From an uncultured bacterium (GTDB taxonomy: Bacteria; Acidobacteriota; Thermoanaerobaculia; Multivoradales; JAHZIX01), in the NCBI GenBank assembly GCA_965368975.1, contig CBDUPA010000043.1, forward strand, positions 1-19,075: a stretch of 19,075 bases of DNA. The letters run 5' to 3'. Numbering within the stretch: position 1 is the stretch's first letter; each line of letters starts with the position of its first letter. This document shows, in pieces, positions 8,211-16,369 of this stretch. Made by a program: the position numbers and the translations under genes. A model generated the notes under the pieces. It had not been told where the DNA came from. It saw nothing but the letters and a program-made list of their open reading frames with translations, and searched no databases.

Positions 8211-9905
8211 ATGCCAAAGCAGGAAGAGAAGAAAGGCCAGGGCTGGCGACGGTACCGACCGGCCGGGGTTTTGATCGCGCTGTGGCTCGCGGGTCTGCTG
8301 GTGACCGGGGGCTATGTGACGGTCGAGTGGATGCTACTCGAGGGTACGGCAGACACGGCGGGCCTCGGCCTGCCCCTCGATGATAGCTGGATCCATCTAC
8401 AGTTCGCGCGCAACCTGCGACTCGGCGACGGGCTGACCTACAACCCGGGCGAGGCGGTCACCGGTACTACCGCGCCGCTGTGGACGGCACTGCTGTCTCT
8501 ACTCTACTGGTTACCGGGCTCCACCGGCACGGACGCCGGCTCGGTGACGCTGGCGCTGGTGGCCGCCAAGCTGCTGGGCGTCGGCCTCTACCTGGCGAGC
8601 ATCGCGGCCTTGCTGCGCCTGGCGCGTCGCCTGGGGATGGGCACCGGTGCAGCGCTGCTGTCCGCCGGACTGTTCCTGGCGACGCCGTGGATGGTCTGGT
8701 CGGCACTGTCGGCGATGGAGATCCCGCTCTTTGTGCTGCTCAGCCTGCTGGCGGTCGATCGTCACCTGCGGGAACGCGCCGACCCCGACTTGCCGCCAAG
8801 GGCGCTACCGCTGTTCGCTTTGGCGGCGCTGGCCCGGCCGGAAGGGTTGTTGCTGCTGCTGTTGGCCGTCGTCGATCGTTTGCTGGTCTGGCGGCGTGAG
8901 TCTTCGGAGGTCGACGATCCAGCTCTGGCGTTGTGCGCTGCGCCCTGGCGCAAGGTCGCGATAGGGGCCGCGCTGGCCGGGCTGATCCTGCTACCGGTCG
9001 GTCTGTGGTTCTGGCACCTGAGCGGTTCGCCGTTGCCGACCACGTTCGGCGCCAAGACGCTAGCCGGCCGTGGCTGGAGCCTTGACGCTGGCTATCTCTA
9101 CACCGTGCTCGGCATCTTCCTGCGTCCGCAGCCGATCGTTACGCTGCTGGCCGGCGGTGGTGCCCTGATTCTGCTGCGGCGTCTCGGCTCGCGGGAGGGT
9201 GGTCAAGACGTGGGCTTGCTCCCCGTCCTGTGGCCCTTGTGCCTGCCGCTGGCCTACTCGCTTCTGTCACCGGCCGGCGGCGCGCCGCTGGTGGGCAACT
9301 TCGGTCGCTACTTCTTCCCGCTCTTCCCCTTCGTTATCCTGCTTGGCGTGCTGGCGCTGGAGACCGTCGCCGATCGGCTGCGGAGTTTGCAGGTAGGGCG
9401 CTGGCACCTGCCGCTGCGCGGTGTGTTGCTGGCCCTGGTGCTGCTGCCGACCGTCAGCAACCTGGTGCAGGGCGCCGGCCGCTACGCGCAGAACGTCGCC
9501 AACGTGCAGGACAGCAACGTACGCCTGGGCCTGTGGCTGCGCGAGCACCTGCCGCCGGAGGCGGTCGTCGCGGTGCCAGACATAGGTGCCGTCAAGTACC
9601 TGGCACCCAACCGGGTGGTCGATCTCTGGGGCCTGATTCACCCTGAGTTGCAACACGATCTGCATGCCGCCGTGTCCGAGCGAGATCCGGCCGGAGAGGC
9701 CGGCATGCGCCGCTTCCTGGCGCGCCACCGGCCGGACTTCCTGGTTGCCTACCCGCGCTGGTACCCGCACATACAAGAGGACCGGACGCTGCTGCGTCCG
9801 ATCCTCGAATTGACCATCCCCGGCAACATCACCATGACGCAGGATCGCATGACCGTCTACGTCACGGCGTGGAACGATGTGCGCCTGGGCGTCGCGGTGC
9901 CGTAG
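8211..9905 (+). CDS. GT-C-fold polytopic membrane glycosyltransferase, AftB-like motif set (about 564 aa)
   Basis: Motifs DDSWIHLQFARNL..GDGLTYNPGEAVTGTTAPLW, SAMEIPL, RPEG, RYFFP and DIGAVKY...VVDLWGL. Start taken as ATG 8211 after SD GGTGGAG. The 7704-8210 extension is antisense to M20-B. Confidence 0.75.
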   Translation: MPKQEEKKGQGWRRYRPAGVLIALWLAGLLVTGGYVTVEWMLLEGTADTAGLGLPLDDSWIHLQFARNLRLGDGLTYNPGEAVTGTTAPLWTALLSLLYWLPGSTGTDAGSVTLALVAAKLLGVGLYLASIAALLRLARRLGMGTGAALLSAGLFLATPWMVWSALSAMEIPLFVLLSLLAVDRHLRERADPDLPPRALPLFALAALARPEGLLLLLLAVVDRLLVWRRESSEVDDPALALCAAPWRKVAIGAALAGLILLPVGLWFWHLSGSPLPTTFGAKTLAGRGWSLDAGYLYTVLGIFLRPQPIVTLLAGGGALILLRRLGSREGGQDVGLLPVLWPLCLPLAYSLLSPAGGAPLVGNFGRYFFPLFPFVILLGVLALETVADRLRSLQVGRWHLPLRGVLLALVLLPTVSNLVQGAGRYAQNVANVQDSNVRLGLWLREHLPPEAVVAVPDIGAVKYLAPNRVVDLWGLIHPELQHDLHAAVSERDPAGEAGMRRFLARHRPDFLVAYPRWYPHIQEDRTLLRPILELTIPGNITMTQDRMTVYVTAWNDVRLGVAVP

Positions 9906-9908
9906 GGG

Positions 9909-10778
9909 CTAGCTGATTCGGCGGGTCTCCAGCAGGCGCAAGAGGCCCTTCGGTGCGATACGGTCGCGTTGCACCAGCTTGCGCGGTGGCTCGCGCAGAT
10001 CCCAGACGATGCCGCATGCCGCCAAGCTGCGCAGGGCGTAGTAGCTGATGTCGATCTCCCACCAGAAGAAGCCTTGGCGCGTCGAGGCCTTGTAGTAGTG
10101 GTGGTTGTTGTGCCAGCCCTCACCGAGGGTGATGAGCGCCAGGATCAGGCTGTTGCGGCTGTCGTCGTCGGTGCGGTAGCGGCGTACACCCATCACGTGC
10201 GTCAGACTGTTGATGCAGAAGGTGGCGTGCCAGGTCAGCACCGTGCTCATGCAGAAGCCCCAGATGAACCACGACCAGCCTCCGGCCAGGAACAGTGCGA
10301 CCGCGGCCAGCGCACCGGGAACGGCGTAGTAGCGGTCGAGCCATCGCAGCTCCGGGAACTCGGCCAAGTCGCGCACACGCTTGACGTCTGTGTGCTGGTG
10401 GTCGGGCGCCAGGATCCAGCCGACGTGGGCCCAGAAGAAACCGCGCATGCCGGGCGAGTGGATATCCTCTTCGTCGTCGCTGTGCACGTGGTGGTGGCGA
10501 TGGTGTGCCGACCACCACAAGGGCCCGCGCTGCATCGCCATGGTGCCCAGGCAGGCGAGCACGAACTGGAAGCCACGGCTGGTCTTGAAGGTGCGGTGCG
10601 AGAAGTAGCGGTGATAGCCCGCGGTGATGGCGAACATACGCAGCAGGTAGAAACCCAAGCACAGGGCCACCGCGGTCCAGCTGAAGGGTACCCAGAACAC
10701 CGCCAGTGCAGCCAGGTGGACGGCGAAGAAGGGGAGGTTCTTGGGGTCGGTGAAGGCGCGTTGCCAGCGTTCGGACAT
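9909..10778 (-). CDS. Membrane fatty-acid desaturase (delta-9 acyl-CoA/acyl-lipid type), 289 aa
   Basis: Three His boxes: GYHRYFSH, HHRHHH and GEGWHNNHH. Also DIHSP..GFFWAHVGW and INSLTH. Confidence 0.95.
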   Translation of the reverse strand: MSERWQRAFTDPKNLPFFAVHLAALAVFWVPFSWTAVALCLGFYLLRMFAITAGYHRYFSHRTFKTSRGFQFVLACLGTMAMQRGPLWWSAHHRHHHVHSDDEEDIHSPGMRGFFWAHVGWILAPDHQHTDVKRVRDLAEFPELRWLDRYYAVPGALAAVALFLAGGWSWFIWGFCMSTVLTWHATFCINSLTHVMGVRRYRTDDDSRNSLILALITLGEGWHNNHHYYKASTRQGFFWWEIDISYYALRSLAACGIVWDLREPPRKLVQRDRIAPKGLLRLLETRRIS

Positions 10779-10858
10779 GCTCGATCAGCCTCTCGTTCCT
10801 GCAGTGTGGGGTTCAAAGTACACCTCAGTCAGTATCTTCGAGATCGCCGCGGGTAGGG

Positions 10859-10914
10859 GTCAAAGCTCCGTCAGACAGTGTCAGAGGCGGTCAGGAAATG
10901 TCACAATGTGTCAG
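10859..10914. promoter_or_regulatory. Phased GTCA direct-repeat array, candidate OmpR/PhoB-family operator
   Basis: GTCA at 10859, 10870, 10880, 10890, 10900 and 10910 (spacing 11,10,10,10,10) in the divergent desaturase/kinase gap. Confidence 0.7.
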
Positions 10915-11931
10915 ATGCCACAGAAACGTTCGACCCCGATCATCCTGAGCTACGTTTCGAGCCTGTTCGTGACCATCATCCTGCTGGTGGTCTGGGTGGT
11001 ATCGATCACGCGTCTGGGCACGCGCATCAACGAGCTGGCGGCGCGTCTCGGTGTACCCAATCGCGACGTCCACTGGGTGGTCATGGCGGTCGGCTGCGGG
11101 CTCTTCTTCGTGCTCTTGATCGGTCTCACCTACCAGCTCGCCCAGACCTTCGCCGAGCGGCGCTACTCGCGCAAGCAGGAGGAGTTCATCTCCAACATCA
11201 CCCACGAGATGAAGTCCCCGCTGGCGGCCATCAAGCTGCATGCGCAGACGCTGCAGCAGCCGGACGTGCAGCCGGCGGAGGTCGACCGCTGTGTCGGCTT
11301 CATCCTGCAACAGACCGAGCGCATGTCGCGCCTGGTCGACAACGTGCTCGAGAGTAGCCGCCTGCTGGCCCGCAAAGAGCGGATGGAACTGCAGCCCGTG
11401 GCCCTTGCACCCTTCTTCGACAGCTACTTCGACGAAGTGCGGGCCCGCATCGAGAAACAGGGCATTCACCTGCGCGTCGAAGGTGAAACAGCAGCAGTCG
11501 TGATGGCGACGACGGATGCCCTGCACCGCGTGCTCGACAATCTGCTGGACAACGCGGTGCGCTTCTCGGATCGCGGTGGTGAGGTGCGCTGCCGGGTTCG
11601 CGACGGCGAAGGGTGGGTACGCATTGCGATCGAGGATGACGGCGTCGGCATCCCCAAGGGGGAGTTGCACCGCATCTTCGACCGCTTCTACCAGATCGGT
11701 CGTGAGATCAGCGATCGTCGACGCGGTACCGGACTCGGTCTGAGCATCGTCTCGGACCTGGTGCGGCACATGAACGGCAGCATCAGCGCCTTCTCGCAAG
11801 ACGGCAAGGCGGGTAGCCGATTCGTCGTCGAACTTCCAATGACCGACCGTAGCGAGACGGCCGGTAGCGCCAGCCCCAAGATCGCTGCTGCCACTACTGC
11901 TGAGCTGGCCCTGGCCCAGGAGGCTTCGTGA
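10915..11931 (+). CDS. Sensor histidine kinase with two TM helices and a short loop (HisKA plus HATPase), about 338 aa
   Basis: H-box ITHEMKSPL, N-box NLLDNAVRFS, G1 DDGVGIP, F-box IFDRFYQ, G2 GTGLGLSIV. Start probably ATG 10915 (or 10906). The ORF-track start at 10741 overlaps the desaturase. Confidence 0.93.
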   Translation: MPQKRSTPIILSYVSSLFVTIILLVVWVVSITRLGTRINELAARLGVPNRDVHWVVMAVGCGLFFVLLIGLTYQLAQTFAERRYSRKQEEFISNITHEMKSPLAAIKLHAQTLQQPDVQPAEVDRCVGFILQQTERMSRLVDNVLESSRLLARKERMELQPVALAPFFDSYFDEVRARIEKQGIHLRVEGETAAVVMATTDALHRVLDNLLDNAVRFSDRGGEVRCRVRDGEGWVRIAIEDDGVGIPKGELHRIFDRFYQIGREISDRRRGTGLGLSIVSDLVRHMNGSISAFSQDGKAGSRFVVELPMTDRSETAGSASPKIAAATTAELALAQEAS

Positions 11932-12758
11932 CACTGGAAGAGTCTGCCAGACACCGCATCTTGGTCGTCGAAGACGAGGAGGCGATCGCGCAAGGGTTGC
12001 TGTTCAACCTGGGGCGCAAGAACTACGACGTCGAGCTGGCGCACGATGGCCGCGAAGCGCTGGAGCGCGTGCTGGCCGAGCGTTTCGACCTCATTCTGCT
12101 CGACGTGCGCCTGCCCGAGATGGACGGCTTCGAGGTCTGCCAGCGACTGCGTCAGGAGAACAACTTCACGCCGGTGCTGATGCTTACGGCCCGCAACCAG
12201 CCGGACGACGTCATCTACGGTCTCAAGGTGGGAGCCGACGACTATGTGGTCAAGCCTTTCGATCTGGCCGAGCTACTGGCGCGCATCGAGGGGCTGTTGC
12301 GGCGTCAGGCGTGGTCGCGCAAGAGCAACGGCGGTGAGAGTGGCGTAGGTGCGAGCAGCAGCGAGGGCGATGACGCAGGAGGCAGTGACGCAGGGGGCAG
12401 TGACGCTGGGGGCAGTGACGCTGGGGGGAGTGACGCTGGGGGGAGTGACGACAAGCCCGGGCGCTACGAGTTTGGAGACTACTGGGTCGACTTCCGCACC
12501 TGGCAGGCCAAGACGCGCCAGGGCATCGTCGAACTGTCGCACAAAGAGATGGCGGTGATGAAGATGTTCGTCCAGCGGCCGCACCAGGTGATCGCGCGCC
12601 GCGAGCTGCTGGCTGAAGTCTGGGAGCTGCCCAACCACCCCAACACGCGGGTGGTCGACAACGTCATTGTGGCGCTGCGCAAAGCCTTCGAGGAAAACTC
12701 CTGGCGACCGCGTCACATCCACAGCGTGCGTGGAGTTGGCTACCGCTTCGTGCCATGA
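11928..12758 (+). CDS. OmpR/PhoB-family response regulator (276 aa)
   Basis: Receiver motifs VEDE, ILLDVRLP, LTA and KPF; winged-helix end VRGVGYRF. GTGA overlap with the kinase stop. Confidence 0.95.
   Translation: MTLEESARHRILVVEDEEAIAQGLLFNLGRKNYDVELAHDGREALERVLAERFDLILLDVRLPEMDGFEVCQRLRQENNFTPVLMLTARNQPDDVIYGLKVGADDYVVKPFDLAELLARIEGLLRRQAWSRKSNGGESGVGASSSEGDDAGGSDAGGSDAGGSDAGGSDAGGSDDKPGRYEFGDYWVDFRTWQAKTRQGIVELSHKEMAVMKMFVQRPHQVIARRELLAEVWELPNHPNTRVVDNVIVALRKAFEENSWRPRHIHSVRGVGYRFVP
12371..12450. repeat. 15-bp in-frame tandem repeat x5.3 encoding (DAGGS)5 in the regulator linker
   Basis: Units read TGACGCAGGAGGCAG, TGACGCAGGGGGCAG, TGACGCTGGGGGCAG, TGACGCTGGGGGGAG x2, then TGACG. Confidence 0.95.
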
Positions 12759-14782
12759 GCCCGAGCCCGCCCCCGAGCCCCTCGACAAGCCAGACGCCCC
12801 GGCGCCGTTTGAACTGGAAGCAGCGTGGCTTGTTGCTGCTCTTCGGCCTGATGCTGGCGTTGCTCCCCGAGTTAGCGCTGCGCTGGGCCGGGCTGGGCGG
12901 TAGCGCACCGCTGCTGCGAACACTACCGTTCACGCTCGAAGAATCCGGCGTGGAACTTCCCGCGCAAACTCGGCTGTACGAGATTCACCCACGCGTCGCC
13001 GACGTCTTCTTCGCCCGCGACACCCCCGGTGGCGATCGGCTGGCCGGTGGCCACGGTCGCGAGCTGGTGCTGCTGCCCAAGCCAACCGGCACCTTCCGGG
13101 TCGTCTTCGCTGGTGCCTCCAGCGTCGAGGGCTTTCCGATGCCGCGCAACCTCACCGCCGCGCGCTTCTTAGAAGCCTGGCTGCAGCAGCTGCTGCCCGA
13201 TCGGCACGTCGAGGTGATCAACCTCGGAGTCGCGGCGGTGGCGAGCTTCCCGGTGCGCAAGCTGGCCGAGCAGGCGCTCGACCAACTCGACCCGGACTTG
13301 CTCCTGCTCTACGGTGGGCACAACGAGTTCTACGGCGCCGGCGGCGTCGCGTCGTACCAGTTCATGGGCACCCGTCCGTGGTCGATGGAGCTGTCCTACC
13401 GCCTGCGCCGATCGGCCATGGTACAGCTGGCCGAAGCGCTGCTGCGTCCGAGCTCCGATACGGCCGCGATGGCTGCGGCGCCAACCGCCGATCGCGAACA
13501 GCTGATCCAGGTCATGGCCGCGATCGATCGCGTCGAGCCGGGCGGCGCGCTGCACGACACCGCGCGCCGCAATCTGGAGCACAACTTCCGCGCCGTGCTG
13601 CGGCACGCCCGGCGGCGTGGCGTGCCGGTCCTGCTGGGAACGCTGGTCAGCAACGAACGCGACCTGGCGCCGCTGGCCGCGTGGCAGGAAGCTGCAGGAG
13701 ATGGCGCTCGCGACCTCGACGCCAGCCGTCACTACGCTCATGCTCGTGACCTGGAGGCCCGGGGGGACCCCGCGGCGGCAGAAGCCTTCCGTCTCGCCCG
13801 CGACCTCGACGCCATGCCCTGGCGCGGCGCGCGCGACAAGAACGAGATGCTGCGGCGCCTGGCAGCCGAAGAGTCGGCGACCCTGGCGGACTGCGAGGCG
13901 AGTTTTGCCCGTGCCGCCCAGGGTGCGACGGGTTGGGGGCAGTTCGCCGACCACGTTCACCCTTCGCCTTCTGGTCAAGCTCTGCTGGCGCGCTGCTTCC
14001 TGGACGCCGCGGCGGCGGCTGGTGTCGTCGAGGTGGCCGCCGTCGAGACACTGCCGCCATGGTCCGAGACCGCGTCGCGGCTAGGGGCTCATCCGCTCGA
14101 GATCTTCCTGCTGGCGCACAAAATGTCGACGCTCTTCCGCGAGCCGCCGATGAATCGCAACAACGAGGCCGCGGCGGCGATGACCACCGAGTGGGTCGAG
14201 ACGCTACGCCGCCGAGCGGATGCCGTCGACCAGGACGCCATCCGCCGCTGGGAAGACGCTTCGCGGTTGGCTGGTCGTGCTCTGCCTATCTCCGTCTTCG
14301 GGGGTGTTGCCGCGCTCGTCGCCGGTGATCTGCCACGTGCGCGGGGCTATCTGCAAGCCGCCGTCGCCAATGCACCACCGTACAGCGATCCGCGCTGCGC
14401 CGCCCGCCTGCTGCTGCTGTGGACCGAGCGCCACGCGAGCTTGGTGACGGACCCATCCGGGGGCCAATCCGAGGGTTCCGCTGGCGAGCAGCTGCGGCAG
14501 CATGTCGAGGCGGCACGCCAGGAAGTTGCCCGCGTCGTGCAACTGACTGCGACGCCGTCCGCGCTGCTGTCGCGCGTCAGCCACGAGCTGGCGCTGCTGG
14601 CCGCTGAAACACCACCGCCGGTCGAAGGGGAGGCTGCTTCCGGTGTCGAACAGGCCTGGCTGCAGATCCTCGACGAGGCCGCACGTGCTGTCGTACCAGA
14701 GTCCGCACAGGCCGCGGCCGTTGTCACGGTCCCTGTGGCAGACGCGGTCCCTGTGGCAGACATGGTCCCTGTGGCAAAATAG
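12755..14782 (+). CDS. Membrane-anchored SGNH/GDSL-family hydrolase or acyltransferase with TPR-like helices (675 aa)
   Basis: N-terminal TM. Block I FAGASSVEG, block II INLGV, block III YGGHNEFYG, block V FADHVHP. ATGA overlap with the regulator. Confidence 0.8.
   Translation: MSPSPPPSPSTSQTPRRRLNWKQRGLLLLFGLMLALLPELALRWAGLGGSAPLLRTLPFTLEESGVELPAQTRLYEIHPRVADVFFARDTPGGDRLAGGHGRELVLLPKPTGTFRVVFAGASSVEGFPMPRNLTAARFLEAWLQQLLPDRHVEVINLGVAAVASFPVRKLAEQALDQLDPDLLLLYGGHNEFYGAGGVASYQFMGTRPWSMELSYRLRRSAMVQLAEALLRPSSDTAAMAAAPTADREQLIQVMAAIDRVEPGGALHDTARRNLEHNFRAVLRHARRRGVPVLLGTLVSNERDLAPLAAWQEAAGDGARDLDASRHYAHARDLEARGDPAAAEAFRLARDLDAMPWRGARDKNEMLRRLAAEESATLADCEASFARAAQGATGWGQFADHVHPSPSGQALLARCFLDAAAAAGVVEVAAVETLPPWSETASRLGAHPLEIFLLAHKMSTLFREPPMNRNNEAAAAMTTEWVETLRRRADAVDQDAIRRWEDASRLAGRALPISVFGGVAALVAGDLPRARGYLQAAVANAPPYSDPRCAARLLLLWTERHASLVTDPSGGQSEGSAGEQLRQHVEAARQEVARVVQLTATPSALLSRVSHELALLAAETPPPVEGEAASGVEQAWLQILDEAARAVVPESAQAAAVVTVPVADAVPVADMVPVAK
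14728..14776. repeat. 18-bp in-frame tandem repeat x2.7 (VPVADA/VPVADM/VPVAK) at the SGNH C-terminus
   Basis: GGTCCCTGTGGCA at 14728, 14746 and 14764. Confidence 0.92.
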
Positions 14783-14800
14783 CCGCTAGAGATTGAACGC

Positions 14801-16369
14801 ATGATCCTCAACGCCGCCAAGATCGAAGCACTGTCCCGCCAACGCGAGGGGCAACTCGAGCAGACCCCCTTCGCTGTCCTCCTGTACGCGCTGGCGGTGC
14901 ACGAGCGCACCGTCGTGCTCGAGATCGAGCGCAAACCGCTGAGCAAGCAGATCATTTTCGAGGGCGGTGTGCCCGTCGACTGCCGCTCCAACCTGGTGCA
15001 CGAGACCTTCGGCCGCTTCCTGGTCTCCAAGGGCATGCTGAACGAGGATGCCTTCCAGCGTACCCTCAACCAGTCGGCGGCACAGGGTGTGCCCCAGGGC
15101 GAGGTGCTAGTCCAGGAGGGCTTGATCCAGGCCTACGACCTCTACCGCCTGCTGCAGCAGAACCTGGCCAAGAAGCTGCTCGACGGCTTCACCTGGCGCA
15201 GTGGCGACTATCGTCTGCTGTTCGACATGCCCGAGGTCGAATCACCGCTCAAGGTCAAGGTACCGCAGCTCGTGGTCACCGGTGCCTGCCGCTTCGCCTC
15301 GCAGGAAGAGGTCAACAACGGCGTCGGTGAGCTGGTGGGGCGACCGCTCGTACGTCACCCTGCACCGCATTTCCGGCTCGAGGACATTCGATTCACCGCG
15401 TTGCAAGCCAAGGTCGTCGAGTCCCTGGCCACGCCCAGCCGACTCGACCAGCTCGCCAGCGCCAGCGGTCTGCCCTTCGACGAGCTGACACGTCTGGTCT
15501 ACGCCCTGATCGTCATCGGCACCGTGCTGCCGGAAGATGCGGTGACCAAGGAGATGCGCGAAGCAGCCCAGAAAAGGGCCGAGCTGGTAGTGCTGGATGA
15601 ACTGGACGAGACCGCCGGTGTCGTCCCCCTGCTCAGCGAAGCGGAGGTCGAGAAGCGGCGCAACACGGTGATGAAGGCCTTCCTTGCCCACCGTCGTCAG
15701 GATGCCTTCGAGCTGCTCAGTCTGGACGAGGGCGCTGGTATCGACACCATTCGCGAGGCGTACGTCAAATACGCGCGCCGCTTCGCCCCCTGGGGTTTTG
15801 CTGGGCCGCAGCTCAAAGCCGTACGCGAGAAAGCCGAGGATCTCTTTTTCGCCGCCGCTAGTGCCTATGCCGAACTGGCGGATACCGAGCGTCGCAACTC
15901 CCTGATTGCCCGTCGTCGCGAGCGCCGCGCCGAGGCGGCCAAGCCCAAGACCGCCGCGCGCGACGCCTTCAAGATCAAGACCGAGCTGCTCGATCCCGAG
16001 GTGCAATACAAGAAGGGCCGCGCGCTGATGGCGCAGCGCGACTACCTGGAAGCCCTCAAATTGCTCGACTTCGCCGTCGACTGCGATCCGCAGAACGGTG
16101 TCTACCGCGCCGAGGCGACCTACTGCCGCTTCCTCTACGCGCCCGCTGCGAACGGCAAGAAGTGCATCCAGGAGCTGCAGGAGACGCTACGCATCGATCC
16201 CAAGTGCGGTCTCGCCATGTACTACCTGGGGGTACTGCTGGCGGAAACCGGGACCTTCGACAAGGCCGAGCTGGTGCTGCAGCAAGCGGCCAAGCACCTA
16301 CCCGGCGATGAGCGACCGCAGCAGCTGCTGGCTGAACTACCAGAGCGGCAGAAGAAATGGCGCCGGTAG
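14801..16369 (+). CDS. DUF4388-like domain plus degenerate J-domain plus TPR protein (522 aa)
   Basis: N-terminal GQLEQTPFAVLL...KQIIFEGGVPV...ETFGRFLVSKGML...GEVLVQEGLI...FTWRSGDY. J-like segment DAFELLSL...IREAYVKYARRFAPW...AYAELAD. C-terminal TPR-like repeats (AVDCDPQN, LRIDPKC..AMYYLG). Confidence 0.7.
   Translation: MILNAAKIEALSRQREGQLEQTPFAVLLYALAVHERTVVLEIERKPLSKQIIFEGGVPVDCRSNLVHETFGRFLVSKGMLNEDAFQRTLNQSAAQGVPQGEVLVQEGLIQAYDLYRLLQQNLAKKLLDGFTWRSGDYRLLFDMPEVESPLKVKVPQLVVTGACRFASQEEVNNGVGELVGRPLVRHPAPHFRLEDIRFTALQAKVVESLATPSRLDQLASASGLPFDELTRLVYALIVIGTVLPEDAVTKEMREAAQKRAELVVLDELDETAGVVPLLSEAEVEKRRNTVMKAFLAHRRQDAFELLSLDEGAGIDTIREAYVKYARRFAPWGFAGPQLKAVREKAEDLFFAAASAYAELADTERRNSLIARRRERRAEAAKPKTAARDAFKIKTELLDPEVQYKKGRALMAQRDYLEALKLLDFAVDCDPQNGVYRAEATYCRFLYAPAANGKKCIQELQETLRIDPKCGLAMYYLGVLLAETGTFDKAELVLQQAAKHLPGDERPQQLLAELPERQKKWRR

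Noticed and set aside
4273-10778. M20 enzymes plus desaturase as an N-acyl amino acid pathway (PM20D1-like)
   Set aside because: The desaturase is in a separate transcription unit tied to the two-component system, and nothing in the sequence indicates M20 substrate specificity. It remains only a remote alternative.
10741-10905. N-terminal extension of the histidine kinase
   Set aside because: It overlaps the divergent desaturase start and the GTCA array and has no kinase-like features.
9969-16006. Long antisense ORFs (9969-10856, 10891-11934, 13169-13978, 15242-16006 and similar)
   Set aside because: These are the expected stop-poor antisense frames of high-GC genes and show no family motifs.
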